From Raillietiella orientalis (taxonomy: Eukaryota): a stretch of DNA of 64,000 nucleotides. Under the pieces are notes generated by a model. That model was not told the DNA's origin. It searched no databases and worked only from the letters and a program-made list of their open reading frames with translations. A program made the position numbers and the translations under genes. The stretch is from assembly GCA_036172245.1 (NCBI GenBank), contig JAYWIR010000002.1:5890001-5954000 (forward strand), read 5' to 3'. Below are positions 36,201 through 48,200 of the stretch, in pieces (within the stretch, counting starts at the first letter, position 1; each line of letters opens with the position of its first letter).

Positions 36201-39200
36201 CTTCTTATCTGAACTTGATAAACTCATCGGACATATTCTAAAGATAGGGGAACTGGAACCTCCCTCTTCAAAATTCCAGACTTATCCTATCCCTGGATGC
36301 GCGACCATAGAACGCTGCAAGCTGGAAACTTTGGATGTTTAGAAAGCGCGAATCTGAAGCCTATTCTTGTAGAATACCAACGGTTGTTTTTGGATTTCTC
36401 CCAGTTCCCCACCTACTCCTTGGATCGACTAATTTCTCAAAATGAATTGGCAACTCTGCATTCTCTGGTTAGCTTATGGAACAACCACAATAAATCTGCA
36501 TGTTTTGCTCTGTCCCTTCCTCCTTCCTTCCCCCTTAACCAGGAGGCAGTGCTCATCCTCTTTTTTTTTTCTTCGTACAACGCGTCTAAGAAAATTTTCT
36601 AAAAGGTAAACCTTCGTTCCAGAAGACACGATACCCTTCGCGCGGACGCAAGGATCGAGGCGATCGCAGGGATAGCAAGGTTTTTGCCTACAGCAGACGC
36701 CTAGGAGACGCTAAACCAGAATCCAGGACAAAGGCGCGTGTATCTTAAAGCGCCTGCTCTGGAAAACCCCAGAGTCCGGCTAGTTCCCAATATGAGAAGT
36801 TCCAAGACACCAGCGTTTGGGTGGGAAGGCGAAGAAGGCAAAGAGGAAAATACAGAGAAGTGTTCCAACATGTTAGGATGCGACTCGTGACCTGGAGCTA
36901 AAATCGCCGGAGGTATCATTGGTTCGAGACGAAATGAAGGCTTGAATAGGAATCTCAGACGGCAGAACTTTAGAATATGATAAGTTTGATTTCACGTCGT
37001 TTCCAAGGTTACTCCCTGGGAAAGAGGCACTCTGAAGATAGTTTTCTAGCTAGCTGAAGGGATTACCGACGATTCTTTGATATTTGAGCGTCGTTCTTGT
37101 GCTTTCCGCTATCGGGACCGCGGTTGAACTAAGTGTCCGGTCAGGTGGACGTCCCTCAGGTGGACTGACGCACATTTCTTCTGCCGAATTCTTTCAGTGG
37201 ACTTCCCATGACGGTTTCTTAGGCGAGAAAGGAATTTGTTCGGTTCCGGCTTGCTAAGCAAGATCGAGAGCCGCTGCTTTTTCGGCTCGATCTCTTTTGG
37301 TTCTTGGAGCTGAGCTGCTAGGCAGGGACCACAGAACGAGTCCGAGTTTTGGAGAACTCAACACAGAAGCGAATCGAAGGCCCGAAATGGTCATTCAGTG
37401 GAACGGGCACCCAAATTACGACAGTTCCCAGCCGATTCGCTGAGACACCCCACGTGAAGTGAAGATCAACAAGTCGTGTTCCATGACTTATTGATCAATC
37501 GGGAGCCTTAAAGAAAAAAAGCTGCTTTTCCCATAGCAGTTCTTCTGGCGCTCCTCTATTGCCGGAAATATTTAGGCTCGTGTTCAGAATGGACCTAGGC
37601 CTTCTAGCCGCGCGATCGTGTGCCTCTGGTCACTAAGAGCGAAATGACGCTTGGTTCCGATTCCCCGTAACCAAGGAAATTTTTTCAGGTTTTCACCACC
37701 TCCCACCCACCCTCCAGAAGAACACGGTTTTAGGTGGAATCCGAACCCCGCGACGAAGTTGCAAGCTGTGGAAACGCGGGGCTGCAACCAGACTGGATCA
37801 AGAGCCACTTGACCTCAGACGACCTTATTTTCGAAAGTAAAGTAGCTGTTCCTTGTACTGAGCGGCTCCCTTCGTTGGCAAGATAAAGCCAGTGGCTCCT
37901 AGGAGCTCGAAGAAACGAAATCAAGCAGTGGGCAGTCCCTCAAAGGGAATCGCACCAAATTTTATGGATCAAGGATGAACCCTCTCCGAATTGAGCGGTC
38001 ATTTCGCTCTCGAGAAAACTCGCATCCCACCGAGTGGCTCTCTGCTTTCCTTCGAACTAGGGTGCTCTCGGGATTGTACCCGCGGTTACGTAGGGCACGA
38101 AGGTGAGATCGCAGATGGAACCGCACACCCGAAGTTTTCCAGGACGCAAAAAGAGGTCGCAATAAACTACCGGGGTTCCTGCTCTCCACATTCGCAAGCT
38201 GCTCCGTATTCCCGTGTCTCGTGACGCCAGTCTTTACGAAGCAGTCCGTTGCGGAAAAGCTCATCGTGGAGCCGTCCCTACAAAACGATGAGGTGGAAAG
38301 CGGATCCGCAGCAAAAAGGAAACAGATGATTAAAAGGGAAAGCGAAAGGAGAGCTGTAACCGTTCCTCTTTCACTTACGAGATGCACTGAGTCTGGCAGC
38401 AGCAGCTTGGGCCACTCTCTTCTAATGTCAAGGAAGAATGTGCAGATTTATTGCTTCAGCTTAACTGAACTTATTTTCTGCATCGTCGTTCTACTTCCAG
38501 GTTCTTACACCGTTACGTCGCCGGGTTGCGCACCCGAAGCAGACACGGAGGGAGCGAATGCGGTCCACCGATCCACAGTGACGAAGCAGGAAGCGGATGC
38601 GTCACGAAAGGAGAGTGCACGCCGCGGGCCTTCCAAGGAAGTGATGGCGGCCATCCATAATGGACAGCGGAAATGAGGAGAGGCATCTTGTCGTTTTTTA
38701 CATGCCTTTTGGCTCCTTGTTGGTAGCCGGGTGCGCTGAAGAGAAGGATGAAGCCAAGGGCGGTTTCTCTAACTTAAAAATACGGCGGAAGTTCGGAAAG
38801 CGAGATGCCTGCCGAATGGCTCCTCCAGGAACCAGGATGCTGGGAAGCAGATGCGAGACCGTTATCAGTCGGCACACGCTTCATGCATTCTGAGCTCAAG
38901 GTGGGCGTTCTCTAGTGTTTAGGCCTGCTCATTGCAGATCGGAAAGGCAGAGCAGAAGAGTCTGATGCAAGCCAAAGCGGACTGTCTTGGAAAAAAATGA
39001 GAGGAAGAATCGGAAGTTTTGTCTGCTGGAAGTCGTAGCTGCCGGAGATACCTTCATCAGTGTCAGCTCGTTTCCGCATAGGAGTGCAATCGGTGTATCG
39101 GAATTTGAAAAATTCGCCCTTATCCATTCCTCGGAAATCGATATCCCCCCCTCCCTCCGTTTTCGAAACAGACGGAACTGACCACTAGGGAATTCTGAAG

Positions 39201-42200
39201 CGGACGCTGTTTCAGATGTCCCGAATCTTGGAGAGGGACGGATGAAGATGATGGCAAGAGTTTCGGATTTATCTGGACCGAAACAACGTAGGGCGAAATC
39301 ATGAATTTTGAATCACTCCTGGTGCATCCCTGGATGACATGCTTACAATGCTCCCATTCGTGACTGATTCTAATGATGGAGGCTTCTCCAGCTGCAAACG
39401 CAAGTTTTGTAAAGCGAGAATCTTGGATCGGCATTTATAAGAAAAAAAAAAAAAAAAAATCCAAGATCCCTCTTCCTTCCCCATCCAGGCATTTTCACTG
39501 CCACCGACACCTGAAGTTATTGCTCTTCAATTTCGACATCTCATTTCTCCCTCATAACCTCCCAAGTCTCAAAGAAGCAAGATTTTGTTCGTTTTTTCTT
39601 CTTCTTTTATTTGCTTGCAAACCGGTCCGACCCAAGGGAAGAGCTGCCACAGAGGCAGCTTGCAAACATCCGTAAGCGATGAATGGACTAAACACTTTCT
39701 CATATGTGCGAATCTTCTCAGCTCCAGATTTTCTTCGATCCCCGGAGTTCGCTAAAGCATTGCCCTCAACGGCAATGCTTTAGCGAACCTTTCGGAAACC
39801 ACCGCTCAGCCACCGTGAATGATGTATTCTTCTTCGCGTTGCGTTGCTCTTTCTTCTTCTGTTCGTTCTGGGTGGCCGGTGTCCTCAGGGGCATCTTTAG
39901 CAGACCGCAGGATGCAAGGCTGCATTCTTTTCTGGCGATCCAGCCACACACTAACGGTCTCTTCCCGCCGCGGAAATCAGGCAAACTAGATTAAGCCATT
40001 AAGTATTCTGGAAGATGTACGGAAATGATCCGTCTCTGTGCAGAGATTGTACCGGTTAAATGAGGCGACGAGTGGTCGTAAGGAAACCTGGGCAGTGCGG
40101 ACTTTCTGTCCGTTTCGAAAGAATCGAAGTGGCCCTAGAAAAGTCGGACCCAAAATCCCGAATTTTCCACCCACGTTCTTGCGAGTCAGCTTGCGAGCTG
40201 CATGAAATATTTTCCACGGTAGGTGGTGTAATGTTCACAAAATAAAAATAAAAAGAGGGAGAGAGAAAAATTTCTTCTGGAAGTTTTGCGACCGCGGCCC
40301 GTTTTCCCTCTCGATCACTGCTAGCCAGGAGATCGACTGGAATCCAAACTCGGCAGGATTTCACAAGATGGACTCGAGTAGCAGCAAAAGAAAAGAGCTG
40401 CACAGAGAATTGGATTCCGAATTTCAGCGGGCAGCACTGACGACAGTTTGTACGAACACGGGGCGCGCCCCGTGTGCAACCATTCCAGGGTAAACTTTCC
40501 CAACTTTATGGGAGGAAAAAAAGTTCTATTCATGACACTTTGAATGCAGTTTGAGAAAACATGGTTAAACCAAAGAAAGGGCTGGAGCGCCGAGGGAGTC
40601 CCGGAAAGGAACTTCTCGGATTTGCAAAAGTAAATAAATAAATTGGTCCCATCCACAAGACGCCCCACGAACACGACGCACTTGTGGCGATCGTCTCGAT
40701 GAGCTCCAAAAGCACAGCACAAGAATTTATCTCGAAATTTCGGAAGCGGAAGCCTCGAAGCAAGAACTTCCCGTACACTGACCATACGTTTGCAGTTTCG
40801 TACACTTTTGAGGTCGAATCGGACAGAGCTACTGGTTGTAGCGGCTTGCAGTTATTTTGATGATGAGGAGGAATCAGCTCGACCAAGGATGGTAGCTCCA
40901 GTTTCGCGATGTGAATTTCTATTGGAGCGGCCATAAAAGATTCCCAGGTTCGGAGAACAGCAGGTTCGACTTTATGGAATCCCTGAATGGGCAAATTTCT
41001 TCGGGAATTTTCCGGTGACCGGTCACCGTGATCTTGAGCGATAGCGAAGCGATAGGACGCACGAATGTTGACCTGATGCAAGAGTGTGGGGACTTGGTTT
41101 GAGGTTTCCAAACACTCCGAACCCATCCGTTCCTTGGTCCAGGATGCCTACGAGCGCTTCCGGGAGTGACACAGCAAGGAGCAAAGCGACGTCTCATCTG
41201 ACTGCTCGGTTATGCCTGCACACGTCGCCATCAAACACCACGGTAACCCCCATCGTAACCAAGAAGCGACCTGACTGGGAGGGGTTCGTCCATTCTTCCT
41301 GCTGGGAAAAACAAGCGAAACCACGATGGACCATCTAGGAAGTCAGTGCATGCAAGGCACCAGGAGGAATGAAACCTGCAGGTGCACCTGCTGGAATTAA
41401 ACTGTAAGAGTGGAACTGTCTCAGCGTGGAACCGCATGGGAAGCCTTGAGGTGCTACAAAAAGTCGTCGGCCACCTCGGGACTTCGGAGCACAAAGTACC
41501 TCTTCAACGAGAAAAAGATCGAGATCCGCACTCCGCCCTGGAGACAAGGGATCCCGGGAGACTTCGTTTTGCGGGAACCTTCAGAATAGGAGCTCCCGTT
41601 TCCTCTTCACGGACGTTCCTCAGGGGGACGGGAGGGCAGGTGCGGCAGCCGTCGTCCCCCCCACCCTTCCGCGATCAGCACCCCCCTGAACGCGCGTGCC
41701 CTCCGCCAGGCGATGGCAGGCAGCTCTCGAAACGGAGTGTGCTCTCTCCCCTTCTCCCCTCTCTCCGAAGGCTCCCCATTTTCTATTTCGGGCTCCGGTT
41801 TCCTCAAGTGGGCCCTCGCCGCCGTCTCCGCTCACGGTTCACCGCCGCCGCGGCAGGGCACAGGGGGGGGGACGAGGCGAACGGCGGGCCTCGTTCTTTC
41901 GCCACCGCCCGGAGGCCTCTTTCGACCGCCGGGAGAAAGTCAACAAGGAGAAAAAATGCATTACCTTTTGTTGAGCCAGCAGTACACGATTGGATTGTAC
42001 ATGGAATTCGACATCGCCATCCAGTACAGGCCTAGGTACAACTCCTGAACGTAGGCGACATGCGTCAGTTCTGGATGATAGGAAGTGATAATGAAATACA
42101 CGTGGAAAGGGAGCCAACACACCCCAAATATCGCTACCACCAGTATCAGCATCTTGACGACCTTCCAAGATTCATTTGACTCAGGCGGAACTTTCACGCT

Positions 42201-45200
42201 GCACTTACTTTTTTCTTATTTTTCCTAGAATTAATCTGTACACTGGAATCCTCCCCTATAGCTTTACTACCCCACAGATGCCGTCCTATTCTGGAGTAGG
42301 CGACAGTCATGGCCGAAATGGGAAGGAAATAGGTAAGAATCAAAAAGACGACGTTGTATCTACAAGAGAACACATAAATGATCGTTGGGTAAAGCAAAGA
42401 AGGACGAAGAAAAAAAAGAGGGGGAAAAAAAAGGAAAAAGCAAAACAGAAAAGCAGGTACAGGGAAGCAGGTCTGTTTGCCTTCCCATCTGCAGTCGTCT
42501 CCAGCGGAGAAGGCATTCAGTTCCTGGCTCATAGCCCCCGGGAGGAAACGCACACGAGGGGTGGGAGGTGGACGCGCAAGAACTCCCGGCTGCAGCGGAA
42601 TGAAAAACATGCAGCAGACACACTTCGAGGGACTCGTGGCAAACACTTGGATGTGTGCGTGCGTGTGTGTGTATGTGCTTTTTGTTTTTTCCTCCCCTCC
42701 CTTGAGCAAAGCAAGAAGCGATCGCTTTCCTTCCGACAGTCTCCGAATTCCAGATTCGCATCCTGGAACACAAAAGAGACGACGGCCGGGCTTTCCGAGC
42801 TGCAGGAAGGGCACGCCGTGCTCTGAAAGTTCGGCAGGCAAAGCAGGGGATGGCGACCCCGAACCGGGCAACTTGTGCTCCGTTCTCCCGGGTCCCGTTC
42901 GACAGTTCCGGCTACCGAAACGTCGTCGAATCGTCCGTGCTGGCAGGGGTGATCGGGCATTTCGGATTTTCCTTCAAGGCGCTCCGGTGCTGCGCTGTGG
43001 TTTAAGGGTGGAGCGAGGAATTCTTCCTGGGGGAACACTCCTGAATGAGCACTCAAGCAGAGCAACTCAAGAAGCTGCTTTTCAAGAAGTGACCGAATCT
43101 TTCCTACGCTCGAGAAATTTCGCGGCGAATGCTGCGCACTCCGATCTGCCACTCTGGTGGAACAGCCAGCCGGCTCTCCTGGGGACTCTGAGAAAACCAT
43201 TTTCTGCCTCCACGCAAAAGTTCCCACTGATTGGGATTGCTCTCACACGAAGAGGAACGTTTTCTTTTCCTTGGATTTCACCTGCAGACCGGCAATGCAG
43301 AGCGTGCCACCGTCGTTTCGAACCCATCAGGAGCTCTGCCATCTCGAACTCCTTCGCCGTCCACCTCCCGTCGCGCTCGCTCCCATGTGACCCTGTCTTA
43401 GGAGATGTAGAAAACAACTTTCGGCTCTGTCGCATTCGAGCTTCACGTAAAAGACGAAAACAGCAGTCAGCGTGTGTGTCATGCATCAACCTATTCGATT
43501 TACGTGTTATTATGTAATCAAGCGCACCTGTATCACTCCTGGCATTCTTTTGGACATCTTTGAAAAAGAACTTCATATGTTCTTCGATTTATCCCCCCAT
43601 TCCCCCCCCCCCCACATACACACAGCATATAATTGTGCGGAATATTAGTAAGCAAATAACTCCATCTACTGTGATAAATGTCAGGGGAAAGGAGGACGAA
43701 AAGCGCTTCTTTTACGAGAACTGTAGAGGAAGAGGGGCTGCAGTTTCGATCTACAGCTGCCAAGTTTACATAAATGAAAATGCCGAAAGGATAGGAAGCG
43801 GTCAATCGCTTTCCTATTTGCGGCCACGGATCAAAGGCCTTCGGTCCCCGTAAAGCTGCTCAGCCAGAAACATTCTTGGGATCCGTCGCAGGTAGCAGTC
43901 GCATGGTTACCGTCAGTCCAAGAGTTGGGAATACTGGGATGGACACACTCCCGCCATGCGGTTTAGCAGGAAAGCAGGCACGGCAAATCTTCCTGCGACT
44001 ACCATCCGTCGCAGAAACTCACGAGGGATTTGGGTGCGACTTGGCACGCATCCCGCGCACCTACGAGAGGAGAGCCCTCCGCGTAACGGATCCGCTAAGA
44101 TCACTTCCGAGTGCGTCACGCACGGAGCGGAGGCGACTTGCCGTCAGGGCGGCATTTTGTTAGCGCATGCATGTCAGCTCCCGAAAATGGATCGCATCTC
44201 CAGCTTTGGTTCCTATGGCTTTGCTGCGCGCCGGCCGAACAGCTGCCGTTGCAACTGGTCCCAGCAGGAATGCGCGCATCTCGGACTCGCCAAGAGGTCG
44301 AATCTCCCTGCGCGGCTCTGATCGCGTGAACTACCGGTCAACCTGGCTGCTGGCTGAAAGCTCGTGGTCTGAGAGGGAGTGTGGGAAAATGTGCCGCAAG
44401 GCGCCGGGAGCACAGAGAGAGGAACGCTCAGAAATAGTCACAAGCACGGGAGGGGGGAGGGGGGCAGACGTTCCTCCTGATACGAATCCAAAAGTGGATC
44501 CCATTCCCGGCAACCGACGCCAAGGAGTTTCGGGAGACGTGTGGGAAAAAACGCGCAACTCGCGGACCGAGCACTTGCGGCCGACTCCCAACCTTCTGCC
44601 TTACGAGACAAACCAGCCTGCGGGGAAACACCTCGTGGAAGCCCGTGGATGACCCAAGGAATGAGGAACTGAAGGCAGCTGTGAGCCTGGACATCTCCGG
44701 GTGAGCATCCTCCAAAGCAAAGCTACCATCTTTTCTCTATCTCTCTCCTTTAATTTAATTAGCCGAACCCCACAATCACTTTCTAGCATCCTGCAAATGA
44801 TTTATTTTGCCCGGGAGGCGGGTGCATCTCATTACCCCGGATGCAGACAGATTGATCAAGCTTGGACCTGGAAGCTTCCAGAACCGCGATAACACAGGGC
44901 GGGAGGACATTCATCACGCCACGCCTTCGCAAGGGTTCAAGCCTGAGGGGTCCCAGTACGGGAGGCTTGCGCGGCCTCCTTGGTGCATCTCGAGGTTTTC
45001 CGGAGGCCGTCCGGAATCCTCTTCGAGTCTTGGAAAGTCTTGGACGATGTTTGTTTCTCGCAGTTGTCGATTCATCTTTCCTTTTCCTTTTTTTTCCTCC
45101 AGGAGGGCAGGTTCTTCGAGGGAAGCGGGAGTTTGCCGCGCCCCTTCCAAGGGCGCCTCGCCGGCTCGGCCGCATGTGGGAAGTTTCTTCCCACAGGCGG

Positions 45201-48200
45201 TCGCAGCAAAATCGCAAACCGTCCATCACCCATCCCCGTCTGTTAGCCTGGGAAGCAAGGGAGAGGTGCATCTCGGGTTTTTTTTTTTTTTTTTTTTTTT
45301 CCCAGGAACCGGAAGCGCGCAAACGGATCGAACGCATCGCGAACCAGGCCTGGGTTCTCCAGGAGCATCCCCGAGGCGGAAACGGACAGCTGATCTGCCC
45401 GCGCTGCTTTCGACTGAGTGCGACAATCGATCGCTCCTTCCATTAAAGGACGCGAATGGTGGCTGGCATTTACTAAGGGCGGCTGGAAACCGGGAAGCGT
45501 CCGATCCGCGAAGCAGCGGCGCACGCGCGTGCGTTGATGGCTCTTCGTCACGTAAGCCAGGATTCGACAACGCATCGGGGCGCACTTGGTAGGAATTCCA
45601 CGAAACCCCCCCCCCTTTTTCCTCCTCCTCCCTTCCTCCCCTCGTTCCCGCATTTGCTCCATTCTTGCGCCTCACGGCTCACTTTTCGGATGCTGATCAT
45701 TCCGGCTGTGCAGGAGGCGGTGCCATCTCTGCACGTGGTCAGATTGTCTCTCGTCCTCGTTCCGTAAGCACCGGCTCCGTCGATTTTTTGTCGGGAGGTC
45801 ATTCCCCGGAGATCCTGGATTCTTTTCTATCCGCTTCCATTCTTCCCAACAATCCAGAAGTCGCAGCCTATGAAACGCGGGTCAGACCGCGAGCACACTC
45901 CCTTTTCTAGCGCCGTCGGATGAAGAGGAGGGGGTTCCCTGCCAAGCGGCTCCCTGATTCAGGACGGGCCGCGTGACGCGGATCGCAGCTTCCATCTTGG
46001 AAGATGATGCGGGAGGGGCATGCTACTCCGAAGCAGCTCCCCATTGGAGGCGTCCGTGGGCGGTGGGTGCAACCCACGAGCTGGTCCGAAAGGCCGGCAC
46101 TTGCAATGAGGACGCAAGGCAAGCCTGGGTAAGGGAGGAAGGGATGTTCCTGCTACCTCTCACCGTGTCCATCAGTGGACCTCCTTTCTTTCGGAGCCGG
46201 CAGACTGCGAACCCATACGCAGATTGCCGACACTTTTCTCGCGTGAACTTGACTGTTGCCTTGGCAGCCCTGCTGAGGCTCGGTTGGAGGTCTGCGGGTG
46301 AGCTCCGTATCCCGAAGGCCGTGTTCGTATCGGTTTTCGTGTCAACAGGGTATGTTTGCTCGAGACCACGAGACACTCGCGCTGCCCTTGCTTCTCTGAG
46401 AGAGGGTGTCGCTTTCAGGAAGAATACCCAGCCTTCCAGCCTGAAGATGCGAGTGTCCTTCGCTTAAGGGTGAGAACGGGACCTTTGGGTGTGAAAACAG
46501 TCGTTCCTTCGCCCCTGGCCTTTCTCTCTTTGATCTTCAGCTGTCCCTTGAACTGATACATTGGCTCCGAGGCCTGCGTCCCTTCCAGGATTTCCAGCCC
46601 GAGAGTTCTTTTCAGAGCAGCGCTGAAGGTCATATTAGGGCTTTTTAGAAAAAGGACTTCCCGTCGGGACGCGCTGCTCCGCCTCCCTGTTGCTTCTGTA
46701 AGAAGGGTGGTCTGAGCGGGACAAGGAGCTCTCATCAATGCCGCATATGGGAACCAGCCCCCCAGGGTGATGAAAACGGCCTCAAATTGTCCAACATTCT
46801 TCCGCAACGGTCCATGGCGAGGCACTTCCTGCGCTTGCGTTCTCTTCAGAAGGGGAGGAAACAAGGAGAGGTTTCCTTGCGGGTGCTCTCCGGAGAAGAC
46901 ATCTCATGGAGCGGCCCTTTCTAGGGGATCCCTCCGAAGAGTACAAGGAACAAGTTCTCTTGGGGATCCTTCCCAAGCTTGAGAGGAACGGGCTCCTCCC
47001 TCCGGAGCTTTCCTGGATTCATAGGGTGGTCCCCTCCTGGGGAACCCCCTAACTTGAAGAGTTACTCCACACCCTCAAACGGCGTGGACAGTCTTAAGAA
47101 CTTCGTGGCTCTCGAGGAAAGACCCATCCCACTCTTCTTGCTTCCCACTGCTGGTGCAAGAAGGGTGGATGGGGACGTTCAGGCCCCACGGCGCTTTCTC
47201 TCGCTCCTGCGTGGCTTCCGATCGAGGCGGACGAGGGCTCTGCGTCCGACCGTTTCCGGTCCAGGCAGTGGGTCTTCTTCTGCCGAGGCTGGCGGATGGT
47301 CTCTCTCTCTCTCTTCCCCCCCCCCCTAGTTCCCTTCGACTTCCTCTTTGCTTTTACCCGTTCGTTCTCCTTCCCTCCCCAGCACACTGGCGGATGGACT
47401 ATGACCTCCCATCCTCTCAGTTTCTTCCTGTTTGCTTTTCCCTCCTGGCTGCAAAGAACAGAGTCGCAAGCGGTGGATCTAAGAATTTGCATCCTGCTGT
47501 CTTCTTCGGCGAATCAGCGGCGCTTGCAGGGACCCCGGAATCCTAGGATCATCGACTTGTTTTCCCAGTTTTAATGCATCGAGCACTCAGCAGTCCCTTC
47601 CATGTGTTTCCCTAAGCAAATCCCGGATTTCCGAACGGACATCATCCTCAGAAAGGAAGCACAGGATCCCCTGCTCTCTTTAGTCCCGCCTCCCCGCTAC
47701 CCTCTGCTCCTCTGGGGTCCCTCAGCCCTCTGTCCACCCAGGTTCGCTCCGACTCTTCCCGCTCCTTCCTGGCGCGGCGGTTGTCAGGAGCTTTTTATAA
47801 AGCCGGAGGCAACCGTGGAGCGTCTTGGTTAATCCAAGAAGCCTGCGGCCATCACGTCGGAACCTGCCTCGAGAGAGCGGCGTGCCCGTTTGCACGCAGA
47901 CGCGGGTCACTCTCTCCTCCCATCACGCTCTCGCATCCTCCATTGCTTGGGATGCAGGTAAGTAGACCCACATAGGGAGGAGGGGAAGCAGGACTCGGCT
48001 GTGCCGTCGCCCCCAGCAGAAGTCTCATGAGGCCAAGTGCAGGCCCTGCCCCCTCAAAGTGGGTTCTTCAGCCGTGACCGCCCAAGGCGTGACTCTCGCA
48101 ACCAAGGAAGAGAATCCGAACGGACAAGAGGGGTCAACATGGGTTCGCTCGGGACGGCCCTTCTTCTGCGAGCGAGAGCAAGGTGGAGCGCCCTGTTTGA

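Noticed and set aside
41231..41376. Nearby phase-compatible acceptor (ctgcag|G TTT CAT) as receptor exon 5
   Set aside because: It gives RFHSSWCLAC..., lacks the conserved RFR.GF helix 8 and has a poor pyrimidine tract. The 30214 exon fits much better.
42477..43517. 346-aa plus-strand ORF in intron 2
   Set aside because: No domain signature apart from one CxxC word, and it includes simple-repeat translation.
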